53,065 nt of DNA from an uncultured Lichenihabitans sp. (lineage in GTDB: Bacteria > Pseudomonadota > Alphaproteobacteria > Rhizobiales > Beijerinckiaceae): NCBI GenBank assembly GCA_964249275.1, contig CAXUCF010000001.1, positions 1 to 53,065 of the forward strand, read 5' to 3'. Both the position numbers and the translations under genes were made by a program. The notes below the pieces were generated by a model that worked only from the letters and a program-made list of their open reading frames with translations, made no database searches and had not been told where the DNA came from. Within the stretch, counting starts at the first letter, position 1. Each line of letters begins with the position of its first letter. Below are positions 8,132 through 17,863 of the stretch, in pieces.

Positions 8132-11130
8132 AGACCGACACGTCCGAGAAGGGCCTGGAGGCCCTCATCGTCGCCGACATGACGGGGCAGCCCACAGCAG
8201 CGGCCGGAGGCGGCTTCGCCGAGGAGCCGAAGCCCTTCGTCGGCCTGCACGATTGGCGGCTCGGCGACTCGAAGAGCTACGACCGCGGCTGGACGGTCGA
8301 CCTCGGCCAGTTGCGCGCCTTCGTGGCCGCGACGCAGCCGCCGCTGCTGGCAGCGCTCGACCTCGACCGGGACGGCCCGACGCGCCAGAAGGTCCTGGCC
8401 CGGCTGCAGGGCGAGGTCGGCAAGCGCGGCGTCATCGACGTGCTCCGGCACGGGATCAAGCACGGGCCGCACGAGGTGGCGCTGTTCTACGGCACGCCCT
8501 CGCCCGGCAACGTCAAGGCGGCCGGGCTCTTCGCGCTGAACCGCTTCTCCGTCACGCGCCAGCTCCGCTACAGCCGGGACGACACGGCCCACGCGCTCGA
8601 CTTGGCGCTGTTCGTCAACGGCCTGCCGGTCGCCACCTTCGAGCTCAAGAACAACCTTACCAAGCAGACCGTCGACGACGCCGTCGAGCAGTACAGACGC
8701 GACCGGGATCCGCGCGAGAAGCTATTCGAGTTCGGCCGCTGCATGGTCCACTTCGCGGTCGACGACGCGCGGGTGATGTTCTGCACGCATCTCAAGGGCA
8801 AGGCCTCCTGGTTCCTGCCCTTCGACAAGGGCTGGAACGACGGGGCCGGCAACCCGCCGAACCCGGCAGGGTTGAAGACGGACTATCTTTGGAAGGAGAT
8901 CCTCACCCCGCCCGGCCTCACAGACATCATCGAGAACTACGCGCGGATCGTCGAGCGTCGCGACCGGAAGACCGGCAAGGTCAGGCGGGACCAGCTCTTC
9001 CCGCGCTTCCACCAACTCGACGTCGTCCGCAAGCTGCTGGCCGACTGCCTGATCGAGGGCGCGGGCCGGCGCGTGCTGATCCAGCATTCGGCGGGATCGT
9101 GCAAGTCGAACTCCATCGCGTGGCTGGCGCACCACCTCGTGCGGCTCGAAGGCGCCGCGGGGCAGGTCTTCGACTCCGTCATCGTGGTGACAGACCGCCG
9201 CATCCTCGACGAACAGATCCGCGACACCATCAAGCAGTTCGCGCAGGTCGGGGCGACGGTCGGCCATGCCGAGCATTCCGGCGACCTCCGGCGCTTCATC
9301 ACCGACGGCAAGAAGATTATCATCACGACGGTCCAGAAATTCCCCTTCATCCTCGACGACATCGGCACGCTGCACCGCGACCGCCGCTTCGCGATCCTCA
9401 TCGACGAAGCCCACTCCAGCCAGAGCGGAAAGGCCGCCTCCGCGCTGAACGCCGCGCTGGCCGGGGCTGACGACGACGCGGAGAGCGTCGAGGACCAGAT
9501 CAACGCCCTTATGGAAAGCCACAAGATGCTCCCGAACGCGAGCTATTTCGCGTTCACGGCGACGCCGAAGAACAAGACGCTGGAGATCTTCGGCGAATCG
9601 TACCCCGAAGGCGACAAGGTCAAGCACCGCCCGTTCCACAGCTACACGATGAAGCAGGCCATCCAGGAAGGGTTCATCCTCGATGTCTTGCGCTACTATA
9701 CGCCGGTCGACAACTATTATCGGTTGGTCAAGACCGTCGAGGCCGACCCGGAGTTCGACGTCAAGCGCGCGACGAAGAAGCTGCGCCGCTATGTCGAGAG
9801 CGACGACCACGCGATCCGCCTCAAGGCCGAGATCATGGTCGACCACTTTCACGAGCAGGTGCTGGCGCTGAACAAGATCGGCGGGCAGGCGCGTGCGATG
9901 ATCGTGACCTCCGGCATTGAGCGCGCCATCCAGTATTTCCACGCCGTCCGCGCCTACCTCGACGAACGCAAGAGCCCGTATCGCGCAATCGTCGCCTTCT
10001 CGGGCGAGCATGAATTCGGCGGCGCCAAGGTGACCGAGGCGACCCTCAATGGCTTTCCGTCGAAGAACATCGCCGATGAGATCGAGAAGGACCCCTATCG
10101 CTTCCTGATCTGCGCCGACAAGTTCCAGACCGGCTACGACCAGCCCCTGCTGCACACGATGTACGTTGACAAGGCGCTGTCGGGCATCAAGGCGGTGCAG
10201 ACGCTGTCGCGGCTGAATCGGGCTCACCCGCAGAAGCACGATGCCTTCGTGCTCGACTTCGTGAACGACACCGAGACGATCTGGACGTCGTTCGAGACCT
10301 TCTATCGGACGACGATTCTCAGCGACGAGACTGACCCCAACAAGCTGCACGACCTCAAGGCGGCGTTGGACGACTACGAGATTTATCAGTCGGGAGTCCG
10401 CGATCGCGTGGTCGAGCTTTATCTCGCAGGCGCGGGTCGACCCCAGATCGATCCGATTCTCGATGCCTGTGGGGCGGCCTACAAGACCGATTTGGACGAG
10501 GATGGACAGGTCGACTTCAAAGGCAAGGCCAAGGCCTTTGTCCGGACCTACGCCTTCCTCGCTGCCGTCCTGTCCTTCACGAATGCGGAATGGGAAAGGC
10601 TGTCGATCTTCCTGAACCTGCTGATTCCGAAGCTGCCGGCTCCGCGCGAGGAGGACCTGTCGAGAGGCATTCTCGAAGCCATCGACATGGACAGCTACCG
10701 CGTCGAGAAACAGGGGGTGCAGCGAATCCAGTTGGCAGACCAGGATGCCGAGATCGTACCCGTCCCGACCGACGGCGGCGGACACAGCTCGGAACCGGAA
10801 TTGGAGCGGTTGTCGAACATCATCCGCGGGTTCAACGACCTGTTCGGAAACATCACTTGGGAGGACGGTGACCGCATTCGGCGTCTGATCGCGACCGTGA
10901 TCCCGGACAAGGTTGCGGCTAACCCTGCTTATCAGAATGCAAAGCAGAACTCAGATAGGCAGAATGCTCGGATTGAGCACGACAAGGCGCTTGGTGCCGT
11001 TATCATCGGTCTGATGAGAGATGATACAGAATTATTTAAACAGTTCAGCGATAATCCAGAATTCAAGAGATGGCTCGCCGAAATGACATTCCAGGCGACA
11101 TATAGCCAGCCATCACCTCACATGCCGTAA
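8128..11130 (+). CDS. hsdR: Type I R-M restriction subunit, full length but with altered Walker A (QHSAGSCKS)
   Basis: Nuclease motif DLALFVNGLPVATFELKN, DEAH box, FAFTATPK, KFQTGYDQP, QTLSRLNR. Codon TGC at 9100-9102 where Gly is expected. Confidence 0.93.
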   Translation: MKTDTSEKGLEALIVADMTGQPTAAAGGGFAEEPKPFVGLHDWRLGDSKSYDRGWTVDLGQLRAFVAATQPPLLAALDLDRDGPTRQKVLARLQGEVGKRGVIDVLRHGIKHGPHEVALFYGTPSPGNVKAAGLFALNRFSVTRQLRYSRDDTAHALDLALFVNGLPVATFELKNNLTKQTVDDAVEQYRRDRDPREKLFEFGRCMVHFAVDDARVMFCTHLKGKASWFLPFDKGWNDGAGNPPNPAGLKTDYLWKEILTPPGLTDIIENYARIVERRDRKTGKVRRDQLFPRFHQLDVVRKLLADCLIEGAGRRVLIQHSAGSCKSNSIAWLAHHLVRLEGAAGQVFDSVIVVTDRRILDEQIRDTIKQFAQVGATVGHAEHSGDLRRFITDGKKIIITTVQKFPFILDDIGTLHRDRRFAILIDEAHSSQSGKAASALNAALAGADDDAESVEDQINALMESHKMLPNASYFAFTATPKNKTLEIFGESYPEGDKVKHRPFHSYTMKQAIQEGFILDVLRYYTPVDNYYRLVKTVEADPEFDVKRATKKLRRYVESDDHAIRLKAEIMVDHFHEQVLALNKIGGQARAMIVTSGIERAIQYFHAVRAYLDERKSPYRAIVAFSGEHEFGGAKVTEATLNGFPSKNIADEIEKDPYRFLICADKFQTGYDQPLLHTMYVDKALSGIKAVQTLSRLNRAHPQKHDAFVLDFVNDTETIWTSFETFYRTTILSDETDPNKLHDLKAALDDYEIYQSGVRDRVVELYLAGAGRPQIDPILDACGAAYKTDLDEDGQVDFKGKAKAFVRTYAFLAAVLSFTNAEWERLSIFLNLLIPKLPAPREEDLSRGILEAIDMDSYRVEKQGVQRIQLADQDAEIVPVPTDGGGHSSEPELERLSNIIRGFNDLFGNITWEDGDRIRRLIATVIPDKVAANPAYQNAKQNSDRQNARIEHDKALGAVIIGLMRDDTELFKQFSDNPEFKRWLAEMTFQATYSQPSPHMP

Positions 11131-11348
11131 CTATCCACGGCGAAGTACGACATAAGTCAGCCAGCGCTGACGCTTGAACGTCCGCAAGGTGGCAACCCCT
11201 GAACGTCGGCACTTGGCCGATGAACGAACCGCTACGCGGGAGGGCTCGCCTGGCGAGGTTGACATAGAATCAGGACTGTTGCGCGCCCGTTGAGCGACGC
11301 CGGGCGGCGGCGGAGCATCGGGGTTCCTTTCACCCAAGGAACTCTGCG

Positions 11349-12257
11349 ATGGACGATCTCATTCCAGCTGCCCCGATCAGCCCGCTGCGCCAGCGCCTGA
11401 TCGACGACATGAACATGCGCCGGTTCTCGCACGAGACCCAGCGCAACTATATCCGTGACGTCGGGCGCTTCGCCACTTTCATGGGGCGCCGGCCCGACAC
11501 GGCGACGGCCGAGGATCTGCGCCGCTTCCAAGTCGAGCAGCGCGAGGCTGGTGTTCCGGTGCCGACGATGAACATCATCGTGTCGGCGCTGCGGTTCTTC
11601 TTCACGCAGACGCTCGACCGGCCCGATCTCGCACGCAGGCTCGTCCGGGTGACGCATCCGCGCAAGCTGCCGGTGGTGCTGAGCCCCGACGAAGTCGCCC
11701 GCCTGCTCGGCGCGACGACCTGCCTCAAGCACCAGGCGGCGCTGTCGGTCGCCTATGGCGCAGGCCTGCGCGTCGCAGAGGTCGCGAGCCTCAAGGTCGC
11801 CGATATCGACAGCGAGCGCATGCTGCTCAAGGTCGAGCGCGGTAAAGGCGGGCAGTATCGCAATGCCATGCTCTCGGCGGACATGCTCGTCCTCCTGCGC
11901 CAGTGGTGGAAGGCCGGCCGGCTGCAGGGCGTGATGCACCCCAAGGGCTGGCTGTTTCCGGGCCAGCACGCAGGGAAGCCGATCAGCACCCGGCAATTGC
12001 ACCGGATCGTCGTCGAGGCAGCGCGGGCTGCGGACATCGCCAAGCGGGTCGGGCCGCATACGCTCCGCCACAGCTTCGCCACGCACCTTCTGGAGGACGG
12101 CGTCGACATCCGCGTCATCCAGGCGCTGCTCGGCCATGCCAAGCTGGAGAACACGGCGTTCTACACCAAGGTGGCGACCCGCACGGTGCGCGCCGTGACC
12201 AGTCCGCTCGACAGGCTCGGTCTCTTCGTGCCCGACCAGGGAGCGCCCGGCGGCTGA
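11349..12257 (+). CDS. Tyrosine recombinase/integrase with N-terminal SAM-like domain
   Basis: Catalytic residues GLRVAE (R), GKG (K), HTLRH (HxxR), LLGH (H) and TAFY (Y) are all intact. Confidence 0.95.
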   Translation: MDDLIPAAPISPLRQRLIDDMNMRRFSHETQRNYIRDVGRFATFMGRRPDTATAEDLRRFQVEQREAGVPVPTMNIIVSALRFFFTQTLDRPDLARRLVRVTHPRKLPVVLSPDEVARLLGATTCLKHQAALSVAYGAGLRVAEVASLKVADIDSERMLLKVERGKGGQYRNAMLSADMLVLLRQWWKAGRLQGVMHPKGWLFPGQHAGKPISTRQLHRIVVEAARAADIAKRVGPHTLRHSFATHLLEDGVDIRVIQALLGHAKLENTAFYTKVATRTVRAVTSPLDRLGLFVPDQGAPGG

Positions 12258-12261
12258 GGCG

Positions 12262-13455
12262 TTGCGTACCTCGCTGGAGGTCGCCGATATCTTCCGGGCC
12301 GCAGGAGCGGGCTACCGTGCCGCCCAGGCAGGGCATCTGAGCCTCTCTCAGTTGAAGGTCATGTCGGCGATCCAGACCTGCCGGACGGCCGCCCTCGGCG
12401 GTCATGTCGAGGGCTGCGACGCCTGCGGTCATCTCCGTGTCGCGTATAACAGCTGTCGCAATCGGCATTGCCCGAAGTGCCAGGGCGCAGCAGCGCGAAT
12501 TTGGCTGGCCGAGCGCCAGGCCGACCTGTTGCCGGTCGGATACTTCCACGTCGTCTTCACCCTGCCGGCCGAGATCGCCGACATCGCCTTGCAGAACAAG
12601 GCCGTCGTCTACGACCTGTTGTTCCGCGCCGCGTCCGAGACGATGCTGACGATCGCCGCCGACCCGAAGCATCTCGGCGCCCGCATCGGCATCACGGCCG
12701 TGCTCCACACCTGGGGGTCGGCCATGACGCACCATCCGCACGTCCATATGATCGTGCCCGGCGGCGGCTTCTCGCTCGACCGCACCCGGTGGATCACCGC
12801 GCGGCCCGGCTTCCTCCTGCCCGTCCGGGTGCTCGGCAAGCTATTCCGACGGTTGTTCCTGACCGGGCTGACCGAACTTCATCACGCCGGCAAGCTTGCC
12901 TTCTTCGGCGCACAGGCCCACCTCGCCGACCGCGACGTCTTCCTGCGCCATCTCGCACCGGTCAGGCAGAAGCCGTGGATCGTCTACGCCAAGGCACCCT
13001 TCACCGGACCAGAAGCGGTGCTGGCCTACCTCGCCCGCTACACACACCGGGTTGCGATCTCGAACCGGCGCCTGATCGCCTTCGACGAAACCGGCGTCAC
13101 CTTCCGCTACAAGGATTACCGACGCGACGGTGATGACCGCCAGCAGGTCATGACGCTCGCAACCCACGAGTTCATCCGCCGCTTCCTGCTGCACGTCCTG
13201 CCGCGTGGCTTTCACCGCATCCGCCACTACGGGCTGCTCGCCAGCGCCACGCGCAAGGCCAACATCGCCCGCGCCCGCGAACTGCTGGCTGTCCCGCCGC
13301 CGCCGGATCCCGTCAAGGCTGCGGAGCCGCCGTCCGATCAGCCTCGGCCCTGTCCTTGCTGCGGCGGGCGCATGCGCATCATGGAGACCTTTGCGCGCTG
13401 GATGCAGCCGCGCGCACCACCCGACGCCGCCGCGACAACCGGAGTGATGTCGTGA
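12262..13455 (+). CDS. IS91-family (Y2) rolling-circle transposase
   Basis: Zn-binding N-terminus CRT..LGGH...CDACG...YNSCRNRHCPKC, HUH motif HPHVH, Y2 motif YLARY, LHVLPRGFHRIRHYG, C-terminal CPCCGG. TTG start. Confidence 0.95.
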   Translation: MRTSLEVADIFRAAGAGYRAAQAGHLSLSQLKVMSAIQTCRTAALGGHVEGCDACGHLRVAYNSCRNRHCPKCQGAAARIWLAERQADLLPVGYFHVVFTLPAEIADIALQNKAVVYDLLFRAASETMLTIAADPKHLGARIGITAVLHTWGSAMTHHPHVHMIVPGGGFSLDRTRWITARPGFLLPVRVLGKLFRRLFLTGLTELHHAGKLAFFGAQAHLADRDVFLRHLAPVRQKPWIVYAKAPFTGPEAVLAYLARYTHRVAISNRRLIAFDETGVTFRYKDYRRDGDDRQQVMTLATHEFIRRFLLHVLPRGFHRIRHYGLLASATRKANIARARELLAVPPPPDPVKAAEPPSDQPRPCPCCGGRMRIMETFARWMQPRAPPDAAATTGVMS

Positions 13456-14236
13456 CCCGGCACGGCCCGATCTTCCTCTCCGTCGCAGCATTGTCGCTCC
13501 GACGAACGATCCGACGCGTGTCGCTCGCCAGTGACAATCCGATACGCGTCCACTTCACTGTGAAACGGCGTCTTCCACCGGTCCGGCTATCCAGGCACTC
13601 TGCCACCGAGATCAGGCCGGCAGCCCTTCCAGCACCGTTGGACCGCGCTCCACCACGCGCATAAACCTCAAATCCCCATAATGTGACCTGGACCTCGCGG
13701 GTTCGTTCCTCGGCGACTTTCGTACGCCTACCGGCGTCCGAAACTCTTCACGGAAGCTGCTTGTCCGCTTTGGCCAATGAACGGGACGAAGCAGACATCG
13801 GCGACCGGATGGGGTGGGATCCATTGCAGAAGGTGCCTATGCCGCCTGTAGGCTCAGGGAATCCATTGCGCTGCGTCAAGAGGACCTCGATGGTGTGGGT
13901 TCAGAACTCAAAGCACAGGGGTTTTTTATGTCCCGTTCGCTTCACGATCTGATTGATCGGCACACGGACTTCGACAGGGCCAGGATGGCGGCATCGGCAT
14001 CTTCGCGCCGAAGAAAGCCTTCGTACTGGAGTCGTTTTGCGGAAGTGAGCAGTTTTGGGGTTGATCGCCGTAGCGCCGATCGAGGCGCGGATCGGACGGA
14101 CCGATTTGCGAACGGCGTCGAGGAAGGCCGTGCTCGCGTTTTCCATAAGGTGCCAGCGGGCGGCGACCTGAACGACATGCCGTCTGACCGCCGCGTGACT
14201 CGAACTCCCGCATAGCTCTGAAAATTGTGGCTCCGG

Positions 14237-15433
14237 TCAGGGAAAAACGTCGATCGGCCTCCCGAAGGAGTCGTGAACCGCATGAACCCGCACTTGACCG
14301 ATTCCCATGCCCGAAAGGCCGATTGTGTAGGCCCTGGTAACGAAGGCCTGAGGGCGAAAGCCGAACACCACGGTGTCCCCTACTTCGGGCGCTCCCGGGC
14401 CGGAAGCGTCGATCATTCCGTAATAATCGATGGCGGCAGGAGGCGGAATATCCACGCTGCAGATGTGACCCGCCGCAGCCTCCGGCGTGTGACCGACCAC
14501 CGCTTTCACATGATAGTCGGGAAAAACCGGATCGATGTAGAGGCCGCCACCAAAACAATAGGCTCGGCCGGCGTGCCGGTGGGAGACCTCGCTCACGTAG
14601 CAGACGGCAGGCGTCTCCGGGAGGTCGCTAACCGCATGAAGCGGGGTCGTGGCGGTGAGGCCGTGGCCGGGTTCGCATTGCGTCGCCCCATGGTCCGCCA
14701 GCATGCGGATCGTCACCGCCGAGGTGGTGCCGGGCGCATTGACTTCGATATCGCGACGACCCGCCTTATGCAGCGCCTCGACACTGCGGGCCAGCGTCGC
14801 GAGATTGGGCGTGGGGCCGACCGTCCCGCTTCGATCTTCGAACAGCAGTGCCGGAAATGTCGTGATCCCGGCGAAGCTTCCCCCCTCCAGCCGATCCAAT
14901 TCATCGGCAACGGCCGTGATGTCCTCGGCGGGAAAGCCCCCCTCGTGCCCGCTGTAGAAGCGGTCTCCAGCGGCATGGATTCGCGCCAGCAGTGCTTGGC
15001 GTCGTCCTTGGATCTGGGCGGCGCCGGCAGCCTCGCCAGCCTTCTCCCGATTGAATACAGTCCAGAAATCCGGCGCCAAGGCCCCGCCGGCTCGCGCTTC
15101 GTGGCGCGGCACCTGAACGAGATGACCGAGGTGACCGATGCCGAGCCCGGCGCGGGCGCAGGCCCGGGCGCATTCCATGTCAACCGCGACCGCCTTGTCG
15201 ATCCCGCCCGCCTTCACGGCACGGCAGAAATCGCCGTTCCGGCCCATCTGCTTGGTCATGGCGAAGACCTTGAGACCGGCCCCGTGGGCCTCGGTCCGGA
15301 TCAGCGCCGCATTCCTGGCGACCGCATCGAGATCGATCACATAGGTGTTAGCCGGGATAGCGCCGGCTTGATGTAGCGCGATCGCCTGTTCGAGGAGACC
15401 CGGGTTTCGAAGTCTCAAAGTCTGGAGAAACAT
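14237..15433 (-). CDS. YhfX-family PLP-dependent enzyme (alanine racemase N-terminal fold)
   Basis: Start ATG 15433 after GGGAGG. MFLQTLRLRNPGLLEQAIALHQAGAIPANTYVIDLD...FAMTKQMGRN (PLP lysine), HLGHLVQVP, GHEGGF, EPGHGLT, YVSEVSH, IDYYG, FRPQAFVTR. Confidence 0.85.
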   Translation of the reverse strand: MFLQTLRLRNPGLLEQAIALHQAGAIPANTYVIDLDAVARNAALIRTEAHGAGLKVFAMTKQMGRNGDFCRAVKAGGIDKAVAVDMECARACARAGLGIGHLGHLVQVPRHEARAGGALAPDFWTVFNREKAGEAAGAAQIQGRRQALLARIHAAGDRFYSGHEGGFPAEDITAVADELDRLEGGSFAGITTFPALLFEDRSGTVGPTPNLATLARSVEALHKAGRRDIEVNAPGTTSAVTIRMLADHGATQCEPGHGLTATTPLHAVSDLPETPAVCYVSEVSHRHAGRAYCFGGGLYIDPVFPDYHVKAVVGHTPEAAAGHICSVDIPPPAAIDYYGMIDASGPGAPEVGDTVVFGFRPQAFVTRAYTIGLSGMGIGQVRVHAVHDSFGRPIDVFP

Positions 15434-15467
15434 GGCTTCCTCCCGTGTTCCGGTTCCCCGGCCAACG

Positions 15468-16376
15468 TCATAGCGCCAGTGCCGCTTCGATGTCGCTGAG
15501 GCTCGGCAAAGCCGCTTGCGCGCCGTAACCTTGTGTGGACAGCGCTGCGGCCTGGTTGGCAAAGCGAAGGGCTTCCAGCCAGACGAGACGCTGCACGAGG
15601 CGCGCGTGCAGGCAGGCCGCCGCGAAACAATCGCCCGCGCCGGTGGTGTCGAGGACGTCCGCCGGGAAACCGGCGACCTCGAAACACTCCGCGCCGTCCT
15701 GAACACGCGCCCCCGCCGCGCCAAGTGTCGTAACGATCGTCGGGGACAGAGCGGTGAGTTGTTCATCGAGTTGTTCGTCTAGGAAGGCCCGCGCCTCGAC
15801 GTTGCAGAAAACCAGATCGAAGCCCGTGATCGCCGCTCCGAGCTCGGCAGGGTCCGCCGGGCAATCGGCCCGCTCGACATCGACCGAGGTGGTGGCCCCG
15901 CACGCCTGTGCGACATCGAGGACGCGACGGCATAGCGCTGGGTCGCCCAAGGAGGTGAGGTGGACATGGGTCACGCCCCTGCAGACCTCCGCCGTCATAT
16001 CCGCGGCGCTCGGCCGATAGGCGGGCGTCATCAGCTTGACGAGCGACTTCTCCCCGTCCGGCGTGATCAGTCCGATGCAGCTGAAGGTGCGCACGCCCTG
16101 GAGCCGAACCACACAGGCCACATCGACGCCCGCCCGCGCAAGTCCATCGAGCGCAAAGGCGGCCTCGTCATCGTCGCCGACGCGGCCCAGGATCCGTACT
16201 GCCCCACCAAGGCGTGCCAGCGCCACGGCCACGTTGCCGGCCATGCCGCCGGGGACGCGCTGCAGGTGTTCCCCGTTGACCTTGCCGTCGCGTGTCGGCA
16301 AGCGATCGACGCCGATCAGGATATCGACGTCGATATCGCCGATGCAGAGAAAGCGATGGGGCTGCCTTTCTTTCAA
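15468..16376 (-). CDS. PfkB-family carbohydrate kinase
   Basis: PGGMAGNVAVALARLG and DTTGAGDCF signatures. Confidence 0.92.
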   Translation of the reverse strand: MKERQPHRFLCIGDIDVDILIGVDRLPTRDGKVNGEHLQRVPGGMAGNVAVALARLGGAVRILGRVGDDDEAAFALDGLARAGVDVACVVRLQGVRTFSCIGLITPDGEKSLVKLMTPAYRPSAADMTAEVCRGVTHVHLTSLGDPALCRRVLDVAQACGATTSVDVERADCPADPAELGAAITGFDLVFCNVEARAFLDEQLDEQLTALSPTIVTTLGAAGARVQDGAECFEVAGFPADVLDTTGAGDCFAAACLHARLVQRLVWLEALRFANQAAALSTQGYGAQAALPSLSDIEAALAL

Positions 16377-17860
16377 GCTTGGCCCTTGTTGCGCGGGAGA
16401 ACCGTCCAGGATGCGGGTGTCAGAACGTGCGTCGCGCCATCGAGGATGACGCGTCCGCCGGGTTCGGAATAGGCTTCAAGAGCCTCGCCGGTCGTTTCCA
16501 CCTCGATGTTTCCGTCGCCGTCTGTGAACAGGGCGAGCTCGGTCCGGTCCCGCTGGATCCACCAGGCGGCAAATTCGGCCACAGCCATACTGGGTAGGCC
16601 CAGGCGGGCGACCGCAAGGAAGAGCGAGGGCAAGACATCCTGCGCCATGCGGCCGAGCACTTCGGGATGTCCGTAAAGGTGGGTGGGCCGGCGCAAAGCG
16701 ACCTGCCGGTCGAGTGCGGTCAGGAAGTGATGCAGCACCGCGCGGCTGTTCGGTGGTCCAAGGCCCGCATCCTCCTGATGAACCGCGAAGCGCTCAGGCG
16801 AAAAGGGATGGACCGGGATCTGCAAAACGCCGGCTTCGGTGAAGAAGGGCAGCGAATCGAAATCGAGCCCGAAATCGGACGAATAAACGTGGCCGAGGCT
16901 GGCCATCGCCTGGTCCAGCGAATTGTTCCAAAGACCGCGCGGGGCCACGTAGCCGGTTGTTCTGACGCCGAGACGCTGCTCGACCCAATCCATGCCACCT
17001 CGTAGATTGACCGTGTTCCGCTCGACCGCATCGAACAGGTCATGGACATCGCCATGGTGGGCGACCTCATGGGCGGCGAGCCACTCGCGGGACAGTTCGC
17101 CCGGATGGGCAGTGCAGAGCGCCTTGTTGAAGTAGAATGAGCCCCGGATGCCGTGTGCCGCGGCGACGTCGGCGATCGCGCGGCAGTTCGCGCCAAACAG
17201 GCCGTCGACGTCGACGCGGAAGAGGAAGATCGAGGGGGCCGACTTCGGATAGCGTGCGACGCGGACGAAGGGCAGCTCGAGCCTAGTGAAGGCCCGCGCG
17301 AGCATCCAGGTCATGGTGTCGGCGATCTCGGCCTTGTCCACGGTGGCGACCCGCTCGGTGACGTTCGAGGCCTCGGTGAAACTCCTCAAACTGTCGCCGA
17401 CGGCGCGAAGGTGGGTGGCAAGCGGCAGGCCGGTGAAGATCAGCCAGCCCTGGCCATGGCGGCGTGTCAAAACAGCGGGGCGAATATCCGCCAGGTTGCC
17501 GCTGCGCGCCTTGCGGTTTTCGTGAAGGCGAATCTCGCCAGCACCGCTTCCGTCGAATATCCGGGCGAGGCAGGGCAGGACGGCTTCGCGGTCGCGATCG
17601 GGTGGCCGGAACCGGGTCAGGGTTGCGGTAACGCTCGGGCCAAGCAGCGTGTCGGCTTTCGGCGCGCCCGTCACCACCCCGACGCCGCCACGTTCGACGA
17701 AGCCCCCGCACCACGCCGGGAGCGCGCCATCGAACACGATGATGGGCCGATCCGGGCCATCGACCCGGTCCCACGGGAGCCGGTCCTGGCGTAGCACGCG
17801 GATCCAGCCGTCGAGGGCCTCTCCGCTTGGGCATAGCCCGATCCGGATTTCGCGGCGCAT
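16373..17860 (-). CDS. Uncharacterised protein with a NodB/CE4 polysaccharide-deacetylase-like domain
   Basis: FRVDVD, HEVAHHGDVH and GYVAPRG resemble CE4 motifs 1-3. Long unknown N-terminal region. Overlaps the pfkB start. Confidence 0.65.
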   Translation of the reverse strand: MRREIRIGLCPSGEALDGWIRVLRQDRLPWDRVDGPDRPIIVFDGALPAWCGGFVERGGVGVVTGAPKADTLLGPSVTATLTRFRPPDRDREAVLPCLARIFDGSGAGEIRLHENRKARSGNLADIRPAVLTRRHGQGWLIFTGLPLATHLRAVGDSLRSFTEASNVTERVATVDKAEIADTMTWMLARAFTRLELPFVRVARYPKSAPSIFLFRVDVDGLFGANCRAIADVAAAHGIRGSFYFNKALCTAHPGELSREWLAAHEVAHHGDVHDLFDAVERNTVNLRGGMDWVEQRLGVRTTGYVAPRGLWNNSLDQAMASLGHVYSSDFGLDFDSLPFFTEAGVLQIPVHPFSPERFAVHQEDAGLGPPNSRAVLHHFLTALDRQVALRRPTHLYGHPEVLGRMAQDVLPSLFLAVARLGLPSMAVAEFAAWWIQRDRTELALFTDGDGNIEVETTGEALEAYSEPGGRVILDGATHVLTPASWTVLPRNKGQA

Positions 17861-17863
17861 CGC

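Larger units (their letters stand above)
11213..13783 (+). mobile_element. IS91-like unit: tyrosine recombinase plus Y2 HUH transposase, boundaries inferred from flanking direct repeats
   Basis: Two tightly linked intact genes. TTGGCCGATGAACG (11213-11226) versus TTGGCCAATGAACG (13770-13783). Inverted GAACGAACC (11222-11230) / GGTTCGTTC (13700-13708). Confidence 0.75.

Noticed and set aside
11349-12257. Integron integrase with attC cassettes
   Set aside because: No IntI-specific insertion is evident before the HxxR box, and I found no RYYYAAC..GTTRRRY attC sites after neighbouring genes.
13890-14180. Possible IS remnant (GGTGTGGGTTCAGAA terminus-like sequence, short ORF fragments)
   Set aside because: It looks like mobile-element debris, but I cannot identify a transposase motif or a partner inverted repeat, so it is not called.
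15434-15766. N-terminal extension of the 509-aa YhfX ORF and similar extensions (737, 21904, 36584, 43367, 48380)
   Set aside because: They overlap upstream genes or promoters; family homology and RBSs point to the downstream starts used above.
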